A stretch of 64,000 bases of DNA from a bacterium (GTDB taxonomy: Bacteria > RBG-13-61-14 > DATKZS01), in the NCBI GenBank assembly GCA_963674965.2, contig CAXXFL010000001.1, positions 1,152,001 through 1,216,000 on the forward strand. The letters are read 5' to 3'. The notes under the pieces are model-generated. The model was not told where the DNA came from. It was given only the letters and a program-made list of their open reading frames with translations, and did not search any database. Positions 1 to 11,700 of the stretch are shown here, piece by piece. The first letter of the stretch is position 1. Every line of letters begins with the position of its first letter. The translations under genes were made by a program, and so were the position numbers.

Positions 1-882
1 CGCTCCTCGGAAGGCCTCGTCGGTCATGGCGACCATGGCCGCGGCCTCGGCGGTCAGGTCCCCCAGTTCCTTCATTGGATCGCCGGATATGGAAGGGTCG
101 GGCCTCCCGCCCGGCGGGAGGGCCTTGGGCTCGGAAAGCCGGTTCTTCAGCATCTCCGGGGGAAGCACCGTGGGGCCGACCGATTTATGCAGAGGCAGCA
201 GCTTCCAGGCCATGTCCTCCCCGTAGTTCCTGGCCACGGCGTAGCGGAAAAGCTCGTCCTCCATGTTGGCCGTCAGCATAAAGCCGTAAAAACGGCTGAG
301 TGATACTATGTCCTCCGGCACGAAATGGTCCGGCTCGAGGTACAAGACCTGAAACTCGATGGGAAGCCGGTTCCGGTTCTGGTCGATAAAGGCGTTGATC
401 CCCTCGCAAAAGGCCCGCATCTGGCCCAGTATCTCGGGCTGGCGCTCGGCCAGAAGCATGGCGCCGCCTTTTCCGAGCCAGTTCATGCCCAGAACGCGCT
501 GCATCTTGTCCATGCCGTAGGTGCTAAGCTCCATGCCCATGACCGTCCGGCCGGGAAGGCCCACGTTGCCGAAAATTTCGCACAACCTGCCCGTGGCCAC
601 GGCGCGGAAAAGATACATCTCCCAGAGCCTGTCCTGGGCCTGGACGTAGCCGTTGGCGAAGAAGAGGTCGTGCTCGTCCTCCGTGAAGATATGTGGTACT
701 CCGTATTTATCTCGGCAGACCCGGACCTCGCCGTTGAGCCCGTCCATCCTCAGGGTCCCGTCCACCTGGGGCAAAGTGGGGGCCATTTCATAGCGCGGCA
801 TGGGCCGTATGGCGCAGCTTACCAGGACCATAAGCCCGAAGGCCGGCAATAGTCTTTTCCAGGTCAGTTTCACTTTATCCAT
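1..882 (-). CDS. Penicillin acylase (Ntn-hydrolase) family protein, N-terminal part, runs off the window edge
   Basis: Manual translation from ATG at 882 (GGAGG upstream): MDKVKLTWKRLLPAFGLMVLVSC...RDKYGVPHIFTEDEHDLFFANGYVQAQDRLWEM, the typical N-terminal motif; possible lipobox LVSC. Confidence 0.88.
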   Translation of the reverse strand, partial: MDKVKLTWKRLLPAFGLMVLVSCAIRPMPRYEMAPTLPQVDGTLRMDGLNGEVRVCRDKYGVPHIFTEDEHDLFFANGYVQAQDRLWEMYLFRAVATGRLCEIFGNVGLPGRTVMGMELSTYGMDKMQRVLGMNWLGKGGAMLLAERQPEILGQMRAFCEGINAFIDQNRNRLPIEFQVLYLEPDHFVPEDIVSLSRFYGFMLTANMEDELFRYAVARNYGEDMAWKLLPLHKSVGPTVLPPEMLKNRLSEPKALPPGGRPDPSISGDPMKELGDLTAEAAAMVAMTDEAFRGA

Positions 883-996
883 CCTTCGCCTCCCTTTAGC
901 GATATTGACTGAGCTATCCCGATGGTATAACAATAGTTATGTCCGTAATTGAACGGCCGGTAGACAGGTTCACTAGCTTATCAAGGAGGATATGGC

Positions 997-2718
997 ATGG
1001 CAAGGCCGGAAAAACTCTCCGGAGTAAAAACCGCAAAAAACAAGCTTCCCACCATCGGCGTATTCGCGGTTTGCGATCCCCGCATCGACCGGGCCTCGAG
1101 GAAACGGGCCCAGAACATCGTGTCCATGGCGGCCGAGAAGATATCGGCCAAGCTCCAGGCCCCCGACGGTAAGCGGCCGCGCGTCGTCTGGACCGACGTT
1201 CTCGTCGACGGCGAGACCCAGGCCGACCAGGTTGCCCGGGGCTTCAAGGGGGAGGGCGTATCGATCCTGGTCTGCGCGCCCGACACCTGGGCCTTTCCGC
1301 AGCTTGGTCTTCTTTCGCTCCTTTCTCACTTCCCGGCGGACGTTCCTCTCAACCTAACGTGCGGCAACTCGGGGCCCAAGCCGGGGGTCGTGTTCACCCA
1401 CGCGGCCAACGGGGCCCTGGCTCAATCGGGCCGCCTGGCCCATATCAACGTGGGCAACTGGCCGGACGAGGGATTAAGCCCCGTCATGAGCGACCCCACC
1501 GCCGAGGCCTTGGTGGACTGGTGCTACGCCGCGTTGACCTTCCAGGGCCTGAAGGGCAGGCGGGTCGCCGTCTTCGGACACGACTCGATGGGCATGGAGA
1601 CGGCGCTGGCCCACGTCATTCAGACCAGGAACGCCTTCGGGCTCGAGATCACCCGCCTTGACATGAAGCTCCTGGCCGACATGCTCGGGAAAGGGGCCTA
1701 CAAAAAGGCCGAGCTTCGCGAACTCCGACGCTGGATCGACCGCCACCTGGGCAAGCGTCTCGAGCTCCGGAGCAAGGCCGACTCGGATCGTTTCGATAAA
1801 AGCCTGGCCATGTACCTGATCACGATGGACTTGATGGCCGACCTTGACGCGGTCGGCGGCGGCTTCATGAGCCAGCTCGAGTGGGGCTCGGACAAGCGCG
1901 GCCTTCCACTTCCGGTGGCCGACGCCATGGAGAGCCTTTTCAACTCGAGCTTCGACCACCGCGGCAAAAAGCCCATCCTGCCCTACGCCACCGAGGCCGA
2001 CGCGCAGGGTCTTTTGACCATGCTTTTTTTCACCTGGCTTTCCGGCGGGGCCCCGCCTCTTTTCATGGACTTCAGGAAGGTATGGGAGGCCTGGGAGATA
2101 ACCGAGTTGGCCTCCCGCCTTGGCCTTAAAGACTTGAAGGGCGACAGGATTTGGGAGCGCAAGGGTCTGGTGGACGGCGACAACTCGGGAAGCGCCAGTT
2201 TCGACTGGGCGGGCAAGCCGGGGGAGAAGCCCGAGGTCCTTATGCAAAGGGTCTCGATGCCCCTGGCGGACAGGGACTATTTCCCTGGACTTGGCAACTC
2301 GGTCACCTTCGTCACGCCCGGCGGCATAAACGGCATCGCCGGCCGTCTTTCCTTCAGCGTCCTTTCCGGCATGTTCGGGATGGTCTGGGACGAGGCCTGC
2401 ACCGTGGACCTGCCCGCCAAGCTGGAGAAGGCCGTATGCCAGGCCTCGACGCCAACCTGGCCCCACACCTTCGTGGTCCCCAAGTACGCCTCGATGCTCG
2501 AGTACAAGCAATACGCGCCGGCCAACCATTTGCACATGACCTGGAACTTAAAGCCGGCCCGTCTTCAGTACTGGATGGACATGGCCAACGTTTTGTCGGT
2601 TACTCCCTGGCGGGAGCGGCCCGCCTTCGTCGAGGGGACCGACCGCCCTCTTCCCCTGCTTTACCTCATCAACGGGGGGGAGGACGCCGCGAAGATTATG
2701 AAGGCAAAAAGCGGATAA
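997..2718 (+). CDS. fucI: L-fucose/D-arabinose isomerase family protein
   Basis: 573 aa with motifs DPRID, DSMGM, ATEADAQGLLTML, NSGSA, TPTWPHTF, ANH; GGAGG RBS. Confidence 0.8.
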   Translation: MARPEKLSGVKTAKNKLPTIGVFAVCDPRIDRASRKRAQNIVSMAAEKISAKLQAPDGKRPRVVWTDVLVDGETQADQVARGFKGEGVSILVCAPDTWAFPQLGLLSLLSHFPADVPLNLTCGNSGPKPGVVFTHAANGALAQSGRLAHINVGNWPDEGLSPVMSDPTAEALVDWCYAALTFQGLKGRRVAVFGHDSMGMETALAHVIQTRNAFGLEITRLDMKLLADMLGKGAYKKAELRELRRWIDRHLGKRLELRSKADSDRFDKSLAMYLITMDLMADLDAVGGGFMSQLEWGSDKRGLPLPVADAMESLFNSSFDHRGKKPILPYATEADAQGLLTMLFFTWLSGGAPPLFMDFRKVWEAWEITELASRLGLKDLKGDRIWERKGLVDGDNSGSASFDWAGKPGEKPEVLMQRVSMPLADRDYFPGLGNSVTFVTPGGINGIAGRLSFSVLSGMFGMVWDEACTVDLPAKLEKAVCQASTPTWPHTFVVPKYASMLEYKQYAPANHLHMTWNLKPARLQYWMDMANVLSVTPWRERPAFVEGTDRPLPLLYLINGGEDAAKIMKAKSG

Positions 2719-2731
2719 TCCCGTCTCGATG

Positions 2732-2765
2732 AAAAAAAGGGCGCGGAAACTTCCGCGCCCTTTCC
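2732..2765. terminator. Probable bidirectional intrinsic terminator
   Basis: AAAAAAAGGGCGCGGAA-AC-TTCCGCGCCCTTT hairpin between convergent genes. Confidence 0.8.
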
Positions 2766-2784
2766 GTTTGGTTGTTGCTTTCCT

Positions 2785-5700
2785 TTACTGGCCCGTAATA
2801 AGGACCAGCTTATCTCTCACGATGGGGTTGGCGAAACGTCCCTTTCCGCCGGTCCCGCAGCCGACGATTCGGCCTCGCACGTATATCGTGCCCGGCGTGT
2901 CCACCCGGATGACCACGGTGGACCTTCCGCCCGAGGCGATGGGGCCGGACACGTCGTAACGTCCGGTTTGATCCGCTCCCTCGCCCCCGAACACGGTCGC
3001 GGTCCCGGTCGAGCTGTCCCCGTTGATCTCGAAGACCACGTCCATGGCCGCCGTGTAATTGGGCTTGTTGTTGAGCACGCCAACCGTAATCCGCGTCGTC
3101 ATTCCCGTCTCGACGGTAACGGTCGCGTCGCCGACCACCTCGAGGTCCACGGGGATGCTCGGGTTGCCTGAAGTCGAGCTTAGAGTCGCCATGGCCACCA
3201 GGATGTTGAGGTCCAGCGGAGACGTGATCTCGTCCATATCGAGTTCCTGGGAGTCCCCGTTAGGCGGGATGACCCCGGTGTAGGAGGCGGATTTCAAGCC
3301 GATCCGGTTTTTAAGGGCCGGCAGGTCCAGAGGCGACACGAGTCCGTCCGCGCTCAGGGTATTGCCCGAGTCGCCCCAGCAGTAGCATCCCGTTCCGCCC
3401 ACCAGGCTGGTCACCCAGACCTCGGTCCCGTTCCAGTACTCGTGAACGTTCGGGTTAGTGTCGGAGTCGAAGTCCAACAGTCCGTCGGCCGAATAGTTCG
3501 GATCGAGGTTCAGGGCGTGTCCACTCAAGTTGTCGATCTCGAACTTGTCGGGCAGTCCGTCCCCGTCGGTGTCCCAATAGGCCGGGTTGGTCGAGTAGGT
3601 GTTTACCTCGTCGCCGTCGTCCACTCCGTCGTCGTCCGAGTCGGTATCGCATGGGCTGGACTCTCCCGCGTCCACCACGCCGTTGCCGTTCTTATCCTCG
3701 CCGAGCGACGTGCCGTCAATAAGACCGTCGGAGTCGGAGTCGTCAACCAGGGCGTCTAGACAGCTGACCTTCACCGCCTCGATCCAGTCCCTTATCCCGT
3801 CCAGGTCGCTGTCCGCCAGGATGGGGTTGGTACCGTAGAGTGGGGCCTCGTCGCCGTCGCCCAGGGTGTCGCCGTCGGTGTCGGCCGAGCAGGGATCGGT
3901 CTCGACCCCGCTCTCCCAACTGCCGCTAAGGTCCATGTCCTCGCCGGCCTCGCAGAGAAGCGTCGCTCCGTCGTACACCGCCGTGTCGCCGTCGCAAAGC
4001 CCGTCGCCGTCCGTGTCCGGGTCCGAACTGTCCGTGCACCATGCGTCCTCCACGTCGTCCATCAAGCCGTCGCCGTCGAGGTCGAGGCTTACTACCTTCA
4101 GCACAAGGTCGTCACGGTCGGTCAAGGTATTGGAGTTACACGCCGTGGCTGGAGTGCTCCGGCCAAAGGACACCCTTAAGGCCTGCTCGCCTCCCGTCAT
4201 GGCCAGATTGAAGCTTATCGACAGGGTCTCGAGGCCGCCGGCCACGGTACAGTTCATGGTACCGACGCGAGTCCAGCTTGGGGAGGAGGCGGAGGGCGAA
4301 TGGTAGATATAAGCGACGTCCTTGGTGTACTCCGCGGCGTTGCAGAAGACGCGAGCCTTGACCTGCACCGTACTTCCCGGGAAGAAGGTGTCGCCGGTGA
4401 GGGGCTCGACGATAAAAGCCTCGAGGGACTCGTCCGACCAATAGGACCCGACCGAGCCGTCGGCGCAAGAGCTGACCGTCAACGTGTTCGGCTGATTGGG
4501 CTCGGAGCCTCCCGTTATATTGTCCCTGCTCTGGATAATGTCGCTCGTCACGATGCAGGGGCCGACGCCGGCCTGGCAATAGGGCGCTCCATAGGACCCG
4601 CTGTAAGCCGCTATCTCTCCGTCATCCGCCACGCAAGGATCGGTGCCGTCCTTATACTCGGTAATGTTTCTCCTCGAGTCCCTGTCGTAATCGTCCGCGC
4701 TGTCGCCCGCGGCTATATTGACGCAGGCGTAGCCGTTCTCATAGTAGTCATCCATGCCGTCGCCGTCCGTGTCCTCATCGCAGGGATTGGACCCAAGGCC
4801 GTGCTCGGTAAGGTTTGTAAGTCCGTCCGCGTCGCCGTCAAGGAGGGAGTCGCCAACCAGGATATTGATACAGGCGTAGGAGTTCTCGTACCCGTCCTCC
4901 ATGTCGTCGCCGTCGGTGTCCTCGTTGCACGGGTTCGAACCAAGGCCGGCCTCGGTAATGTTGTCCAGGTCGTCGGTGTCGCCGTCCTGCAGGGAGTCAC
5001 CAACCAGGATGTTGATACAGGCGTAGGTATTCTCGTACCCGTCCTCCATGTTGTCGCCGTCGGTGTCGTCGTTACATGGGTTCGAGCCGAGGCCCATCTC
5101 GGTTATGTTGTTCAGGTCGTCGGTATCGCCGTCCTGCAGGGAGTCACCAACCAGGATGTTGATACAGGCGTAGTCGTACTCGTACCCGTCTTCCATGTTG
5201 TCGCCGTCGGTGTCGTCGTTACATGGGTTCGAGCCAAGGCCGGCCTCGGTAATGTTGTCCAGGTCGTCGGTGTCGCCGTCCTGCAGGGAGTCACCAACCA
5301 GGATGTTGATACAGGCGTAGGTATTCTCGTACCCGTCCTCCATGTTGTCGCCGTCGGTGTCGTCGTTACATGGGTTCGAGCCGAGGCCCATCTCGGTTAT
5401 ATTGTTCAGGTCGTCGGTATCGCCGTCCTGCAGGGAGTCACCAACCAGGATGTTGATACAGGCGTAGTCGTACTCGTACCCGTCTTCCATGTTGTCGCCG
5501 TCGGTGTCATCGTTGCAAGGGTTCGAGCCAAGGCCCATCTCGGTGATGTTGTCAAGATCGTCCGTGTCGCCGTCCTGCAGGGAGTCCCCAACAAGGATGT
5601 TGATACAGGCGTAGTCGTACTCGTAGCCGTCCTCCATGTTGTCGCCGTCGGTGTCGTCATTACACGGGTTCGAGCCGAGGCCCATCTCGGTGATGTTGTC

Positions 5701-8700
5701 AAGATCGTCCGTGTCGCCGTCCTGCAGGGAGTCGCCAACAAGGATATTGATACAGGCGTGAGTATTCTCGTAGCCGTCCTCCATGTTGTCGCCGTCGGTG
5801 TCATCGTTGCAAGGGTTCGAGCCAAGGCCCATCTCGGTTATGTTGTCAAGATCGTCCGTGTCGCCGTCCTGCAGGGAGTCTCCAACAAGGATGTTGATAC
5901 AGGCGTAAGTGTTCTCGTAGCCGTCCTCCATGTTGTCGCCGTCGGTGTCGTCATTACACGGGTTCGAGCCAAGGCCGGCCTCCGTGACATTGGTCAACGA
6001 GTCGGTGTCGCCGTCAAGGAGAGAGTCGCCGACCAGAATATTTATACACGAGTACGCGTTCTCGTAGCCGTCTTCCATGTTGTCGCCGTCGGTGTCGTCA
6101 TTGCACGGGTTCGAGCCGAGACCCATCTCGGCTATGTTGGTCAACGAGTCGGTGTCGCCGTCCTGGAGGGAGTCCCCAACCAGGATGGAGATGCATGAAT
6201 TCGCGTACTCGTAGGCGTCGAGCATGTTGTCGCCGTCGGTGTCGTTATTGCAGGGGTTGCTCAGCAGCGAGTACTCGGTGGCGTTGGTCAGGGTGTCCGT
6301 GTCGTTGTCTCCGGAGGCGTCGTTAGCCAATGGATCGAGACCGCAGGACGAATAGGTAACCTCCCATCCGTCCTCCATTGTATCGTCGTCGCTGTCCGGG
6401 TCGCAGGGGTCGGTGCTGTTTCCGTGTTCCAAGATGTTCGTTAACTCGTCCTCGTCGGGATCACCGCTGGCGTCGTTGACGGTCGGGTTGAGGCAGGATG
6501 AATGATAGACCTCGTATGAATCGCTCATGAGGTCGTCATCCGAGTCCGCGTCGCAGGGGTCGGTCTCCCCCGGGTCCACCGTACCATCTCCGTCCTTGTC
6601 CTCACCCGCGCTGGTCCCGTCCAGCAGCGTGTCGTCGTCCGAGTCGTTGTCGTTGGGATCGAGACACGGCCTGGTGATGGTCTCGATATAATCGTTCAAT
6701 CCATCGTCATCCGAGTCGTCGTCGTCGGGATCGGTCGAGTAAGTAATGACCTCCTCTCCGTCCTTAAGTCCGTCATCGTCCGAGTCGTCGTCGTCGGGGT
6801 CGGTACCATAGGCGGTTTCGCTGGCCAGGCATAGCAGAGTCGACCCGTCGTAAAGCGAGGAGCCCGAGTCGCAAAGCATGTCCCGGTCCCGGTCGAAAAC
6901 TATGGTAGTGATCGCGCTCCGGAACCTTGGCACACCTTCATTGTCGCTGCCCTGTATGGTGATGGTGTTTTCGCCGTGAAACTCGGGCGAGGCGCCCTGG
7001 ACCGAGTACTCGAAGGTGTAATCGTTGCCCGTGTGACTGGTTTGCGTGGCCGTTTGTCCGGATAAGGTAACCGTGGGTCCATCGCTGACCGTGTTGCCGG
7101 AGGTGAAGCTTATTGAAATGGTATCGCCGGCGTACGCGACCGACGGCGAGGTCTGAAGGTCCTGGAAGTAACCCGCCGTATAGCCGGAATAATCGACCTC
7201 GCCATAACTTGCGTTGTCATGATGGTCATAAATCAAATCCTGTATTTCGGAATCCACAGTGGTGCCCCAATAATTACCCTGAGCCATAACGTCAAGCGTG
7301 GAAAGGTTCATAACAGAATATCCAGTCCCCAATTTAATGAACTCATTTCCGCCCGCGCTGCCGAATGCCCCGCCTCCAAAATCGGGCACCTCCGCGGGCG
7401 TTCCGGAATTTCGGATAGTGGCGTTATTACCCGAGAACAACACGTTATTCTCGAACTTGCCCGTGGAGTTTACTAAATTCATAACGTAGCCGTTCGTTCC
7501 AGTAAAATAGTTCTGCTTTACAACGGTACTGACCGGCGTGTTTCTCATATAAAGCGCGTTAGTGCCAAAGTATTTGACCTGACACAAATTAAGATTAAGC
7601 GCTGACGGGATATACGCGTAAACGCCATAGGTCGCGTAGTCGACTATTATTCTTTCCAGCGTAAGCTGTCCGCTTGAATTTACCCTGATACCGCTCCAAT
7701 CGCCGGGAGCGGGAGTGGTTTCAGCCGAGGTCATTTCGATGTAATTTCCCTGTTGTCCTCTCGCTTCCAGCTTTCCGTTGCATATAACGCCAATATCCGG
7801 GGCGAAGGACAGCTTGGAGCCGGGAAGGCTGATCATAACGGACCCTCCGGCGTTGATCTGCACTCCCGTTTCAAAGAGGTAATCGCCGGCCTGGTTCCAG
7901 GTTTGGACGTTGGTTATGGCAACGACCGACTCGCCGGCGGCCCTTATCTCCTGGGCCAGGCATCCGGAGAGGGAGTTGCCCGAAAGGTAGCCCAGGAATT
8001 GGGGAGCCACGCCATTAATCACGTGCTGTCCGCTCGCGCCCTGTATCGAGTTTCCCGTAATGGCCTTCAGCGTCGATCCCTCGACGTCAAGGGCGTTGTT
8101 GGTCTCGCCGGCCGACGTTGTCAGCGCGTTGTTTGTAAAAGTAACGGAACTGGAATCGAGCAGGGCAACCCTGGACTCGGTAAGAGAGCAGCCGGAAATC
8201 TCGGCCGGTCCCATGCCGTCGGTCCCTCCATCGGCGAGGATAGGGCCGCCGTCCCATTTCGCGTTTTTAATCGCAAGGCTTCCCGTGGTTGCGGGGGTGA
8301 GATTCACGCCGCCCCACGAGGCGCCGACCCCGGAAATATTTATTCTAGATACGGCTGATCCGGACAGATCGAGTGAGCCTTCCCCGGAAAAATTGGCGCC
8401 GCCGGCGAATTTTACGGTAGCGCCCGGCAGATAGGCCGTAACCTTGCCGCCGGCGTCGATGCACACGGTGCAGCCAATGAGATAGGAGGCGATTTGAGAC
8501 CAGGTAGCCGAGCCCGCTATGCATTGCGGCGCGCCCGGCGAATCGACGAACAGGTCATAGCTTCCGGACCCCGAAAGTGCGTTTCCGCTTATGGCGCCAA
8601 CTCCTTTTGGGGCCACGTTGTTAATCAGGTATTCGTTGCCCGTTCCCGCGATGGAGTTGCTCGATATGGCCAGAACGGTGGACCCCTCGAGATCGAGGGG

Positions 8701-11700
8701 AGACTCGGAGGCTGAAGAGGGTCCGTCCACGCTGTTACCCGAGAAGGTCACGGCGTTCGAGTCCTTTAAGGCGACCCTGGCGCCGTCGAGCCATGAATTG
8801 GTGATGGACGACGAGGCCATGTTCGCTCCCGAACTGGATACCAGGACCGGCGCGGGTCCGACCACCACGTGGTTCAAGGAGAAAGTCCTGCCCGCTCCCG
8901 AGTTCATGGCAAGGCCGTCCCAAGTGTAGGGCGAGACGGGACCGCGCAGGATCATGCGGTTTGCCGTGTTGCCGGCAAGAGCGAAGCTTCCGCCATTTAC
9001 GGTAATATCGCTTCCGGCGTTCATGGTCCACTTGGTTCCGGGGCCGGTAAAGGACATACTTCCAGTGGGTCCCACGCAGACGTCCGAGGCGATTATCATG
9101 GTGGCGTTGGACTGGGAGCCGTTTTGCGAGTCGCTGGCGCATACCAGGGCGTCGGAGTAAACGTAGAACTCGGCGGTGGTGAATCCGGTGATGGTATTGT
9201 TCGTAATATGCCCGAGGCTCTGCGGTGGGTATCCGGTCACCGCGTAGGTCCCGCCCCCGCCGGCTATGGAGTTATTGTCGAAGGAGGTAACCGTGCTGCC
9301 CGTAAGATTAATGGCCGGGGTCGCCCCGGACAGGGCGTCGACGGAGTTGGCGTCGAAAGTCACGGCGGCAACGTCCGTAAGGTCAAGCACCAGACCCGTT
9401 AGAGCGCTGTTCGTAATATCGGCGGTGGCAAGATTGCCTGAAGCGCTTGTGGTTATTGGTCCGTTCAGCCAATCCACGTAATCGAGGCTAAAGTCGGCTC
9501 CGGTGGAGCTCATGTCAATGCCGTCCCATGTACCGGATGATGGTGGCACGGCGTCAGGATAAAAGGCAATCTCGGCGCCGGAGTCGGCGTCAACCGCGAA
9601 TGACCCCGCGCAACTTATGCCCAGGCCGGCGCCAAAGGCAAAGGTTGATCCGGTAGCTGTGACGGTAACGTCGCCCGAGGCGTCAATGCAGAGGTCCTGC
9701 TTGACCTGGTAAAGAATATTCTTGTCTCCCCAGTTCTGTACGCCCGTCGCGCAGGGAGGAGAAGACGATTGGTCGTCCACCTCGACCTGCGCTATCAATC
9801 CTCCGTCGTAGGTGTTACCTGACAAGGCTCCAAGATAAGCTCCCGGATACTTGGCCAGGATGTAATCAACGGAACCCGTCCCCGTGAAGACGTTGTTTTT
9901 CATTGAGGAAATCGCCACGTCGCCAAGAAGGTATACCACCGATCCATAAGACAGATAGGGATTGATGGTGACCGAGCTGCCGTCAATCGCAAAATCATCG
10001 ACGTTCATGGACTCGAAATCCATGTAATACATTCGCGAGTTGGTCATGGAGAAGGAATTGACCGGCTCGGCCCCAATTCCAACCACCGCCATATAGCCGT
10101 ATTCAATCCTGGCGGCGTCAATGTCAACCGTACCCCCCGCGGTACTGATCATGAGAAAAGCCGCGAAGTAACCAGATGAGGGGTCCGCCGCGTCGTTGGT
10201 AATCAGAATAGGGTCGGCGGTGGTGCCGTCAACGATAATGCTTCCTCCATTGCTCCGGAATTGGCCGTTTCCTTGACTTAAATAATAATTGGACCCGGCG
10301 CCGTTGATGGTGAGCTTTCCAGACTGAGCGACGAAAGCCTGGGCGTCCAAGTGGAAATCGGCTACCTGGCTCCAGGTCACGTCGCCCAATATCGAGTCGC
10401 CCGGGGCAATGTATACATCGGCGGTCAAGGCGCCGCTGAACTCGTTATTGGCAAGTCCTCCGGCGCCGACGGGAGTGATTCCATAAATAAGGTAATTATT
10501 GGATTCTCCCGTAAACGCGTTTCCATTAATGGATGTGATCGTATCGCTGGTCAACGTCAGCGGATAGACGGCGGCGCCGGACTGACAGTCCACGCTGTTG
10601 CCGTCGAAGGAAAAATCGTCGATCGACGACCCGGCGATGGTCAATTCCGTAAACCAGGAGTTGGAAATAGCCGACTTGCCCAGTCTTGAGGCCCCTCCCA
10701 CAATGTCGATGTCTCCATAGCTCCATCTTACGTTATCCAGGGAAATCTCGTCCGAGGACCCGCCGCTGGCAATAAGGCCAGGCCACGCGTCATGGCCCGT
10801 GCCGATAAGAGGTTTGAAGGTGATGGGGGAAGCCGTGGTACCGTCCACGATGAAGGAACCGTCAACGTCAATATTGATGCCCGTGTCGAACTCGAACACG
10901 GCGCCCGGAGCGGCGATGGTGATCGATCCCGAGTTGACAACGCAGATATCGTCTCGAACGTGATACACGGCGGCCTGGGACCAGGTGGTGGTCGAGGAAA
11001 CGCACTCGGGATATACGGTGTCCTCAAGTTCTATGTCCCTGGTGTACGTACAGTCGAGGGTGTTCCCGGAAAACGCGCCCACTAGCGAAGGATCCAGGTT
11101 TATAATGCAATAAGTGGTTGTGTCGGTCATGGTATTGTTTCTGAAGGAACTGACGGAACTGCCGAAAAGGTTGACCACAACGCCGTTATTGGTCGGGCTT
11201 TCCATGGAATTATCATTGAAGCTGAAATAGGTAGCGTCCTCGATTTCAGCGTGAGAGCCATAGAACTCGCAGTTGGAAACGCTCATAGAGGGAACGCGTG
11301 AGGGGCTGGACGTCTCGATCCTGGCGTATTCGACTCGGCAATAGGAGAGAGTGGCCGTGGCGTCGGCTCCGCTGGCGATAATCCCTCCCCACGCGTCGAG
11401 GCCGGGGGTCCCGCTCGTCGTGGTGAAGGTTATCAGGTTGCCCTGGCTTCCCTCCGCCTCGAGCGTGCCCTCGATGACGAGGGCGGTAATCGACCCGGTG
11501 AAGGCGACCGTGGTGCCTCCACTTATTACCAGGGTATCCAAATTTTGGATTATTATATCATCCGTGACGACGTACTCGTTGGTGGTCGAGTTATAGCTGA
11601 CGGAAGAAGTCAGGGCGGCGATATCAGACATATCGTAGGTGGTGCCGTTATTTGCGCTCGACCAGGCGCCAAGCGAAACGCCGGCAGGAAGAATAACCAT

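Noticed and set aside
4630-6250. Regular repeats as a CRISPR array or DGR template/variable repeats
   Set aside because: The 147-bp units are contiguous and in frame within a CDS, with no unique spacers, no cas gene, no reverse transcriptase, and differences not restricted to adenines.
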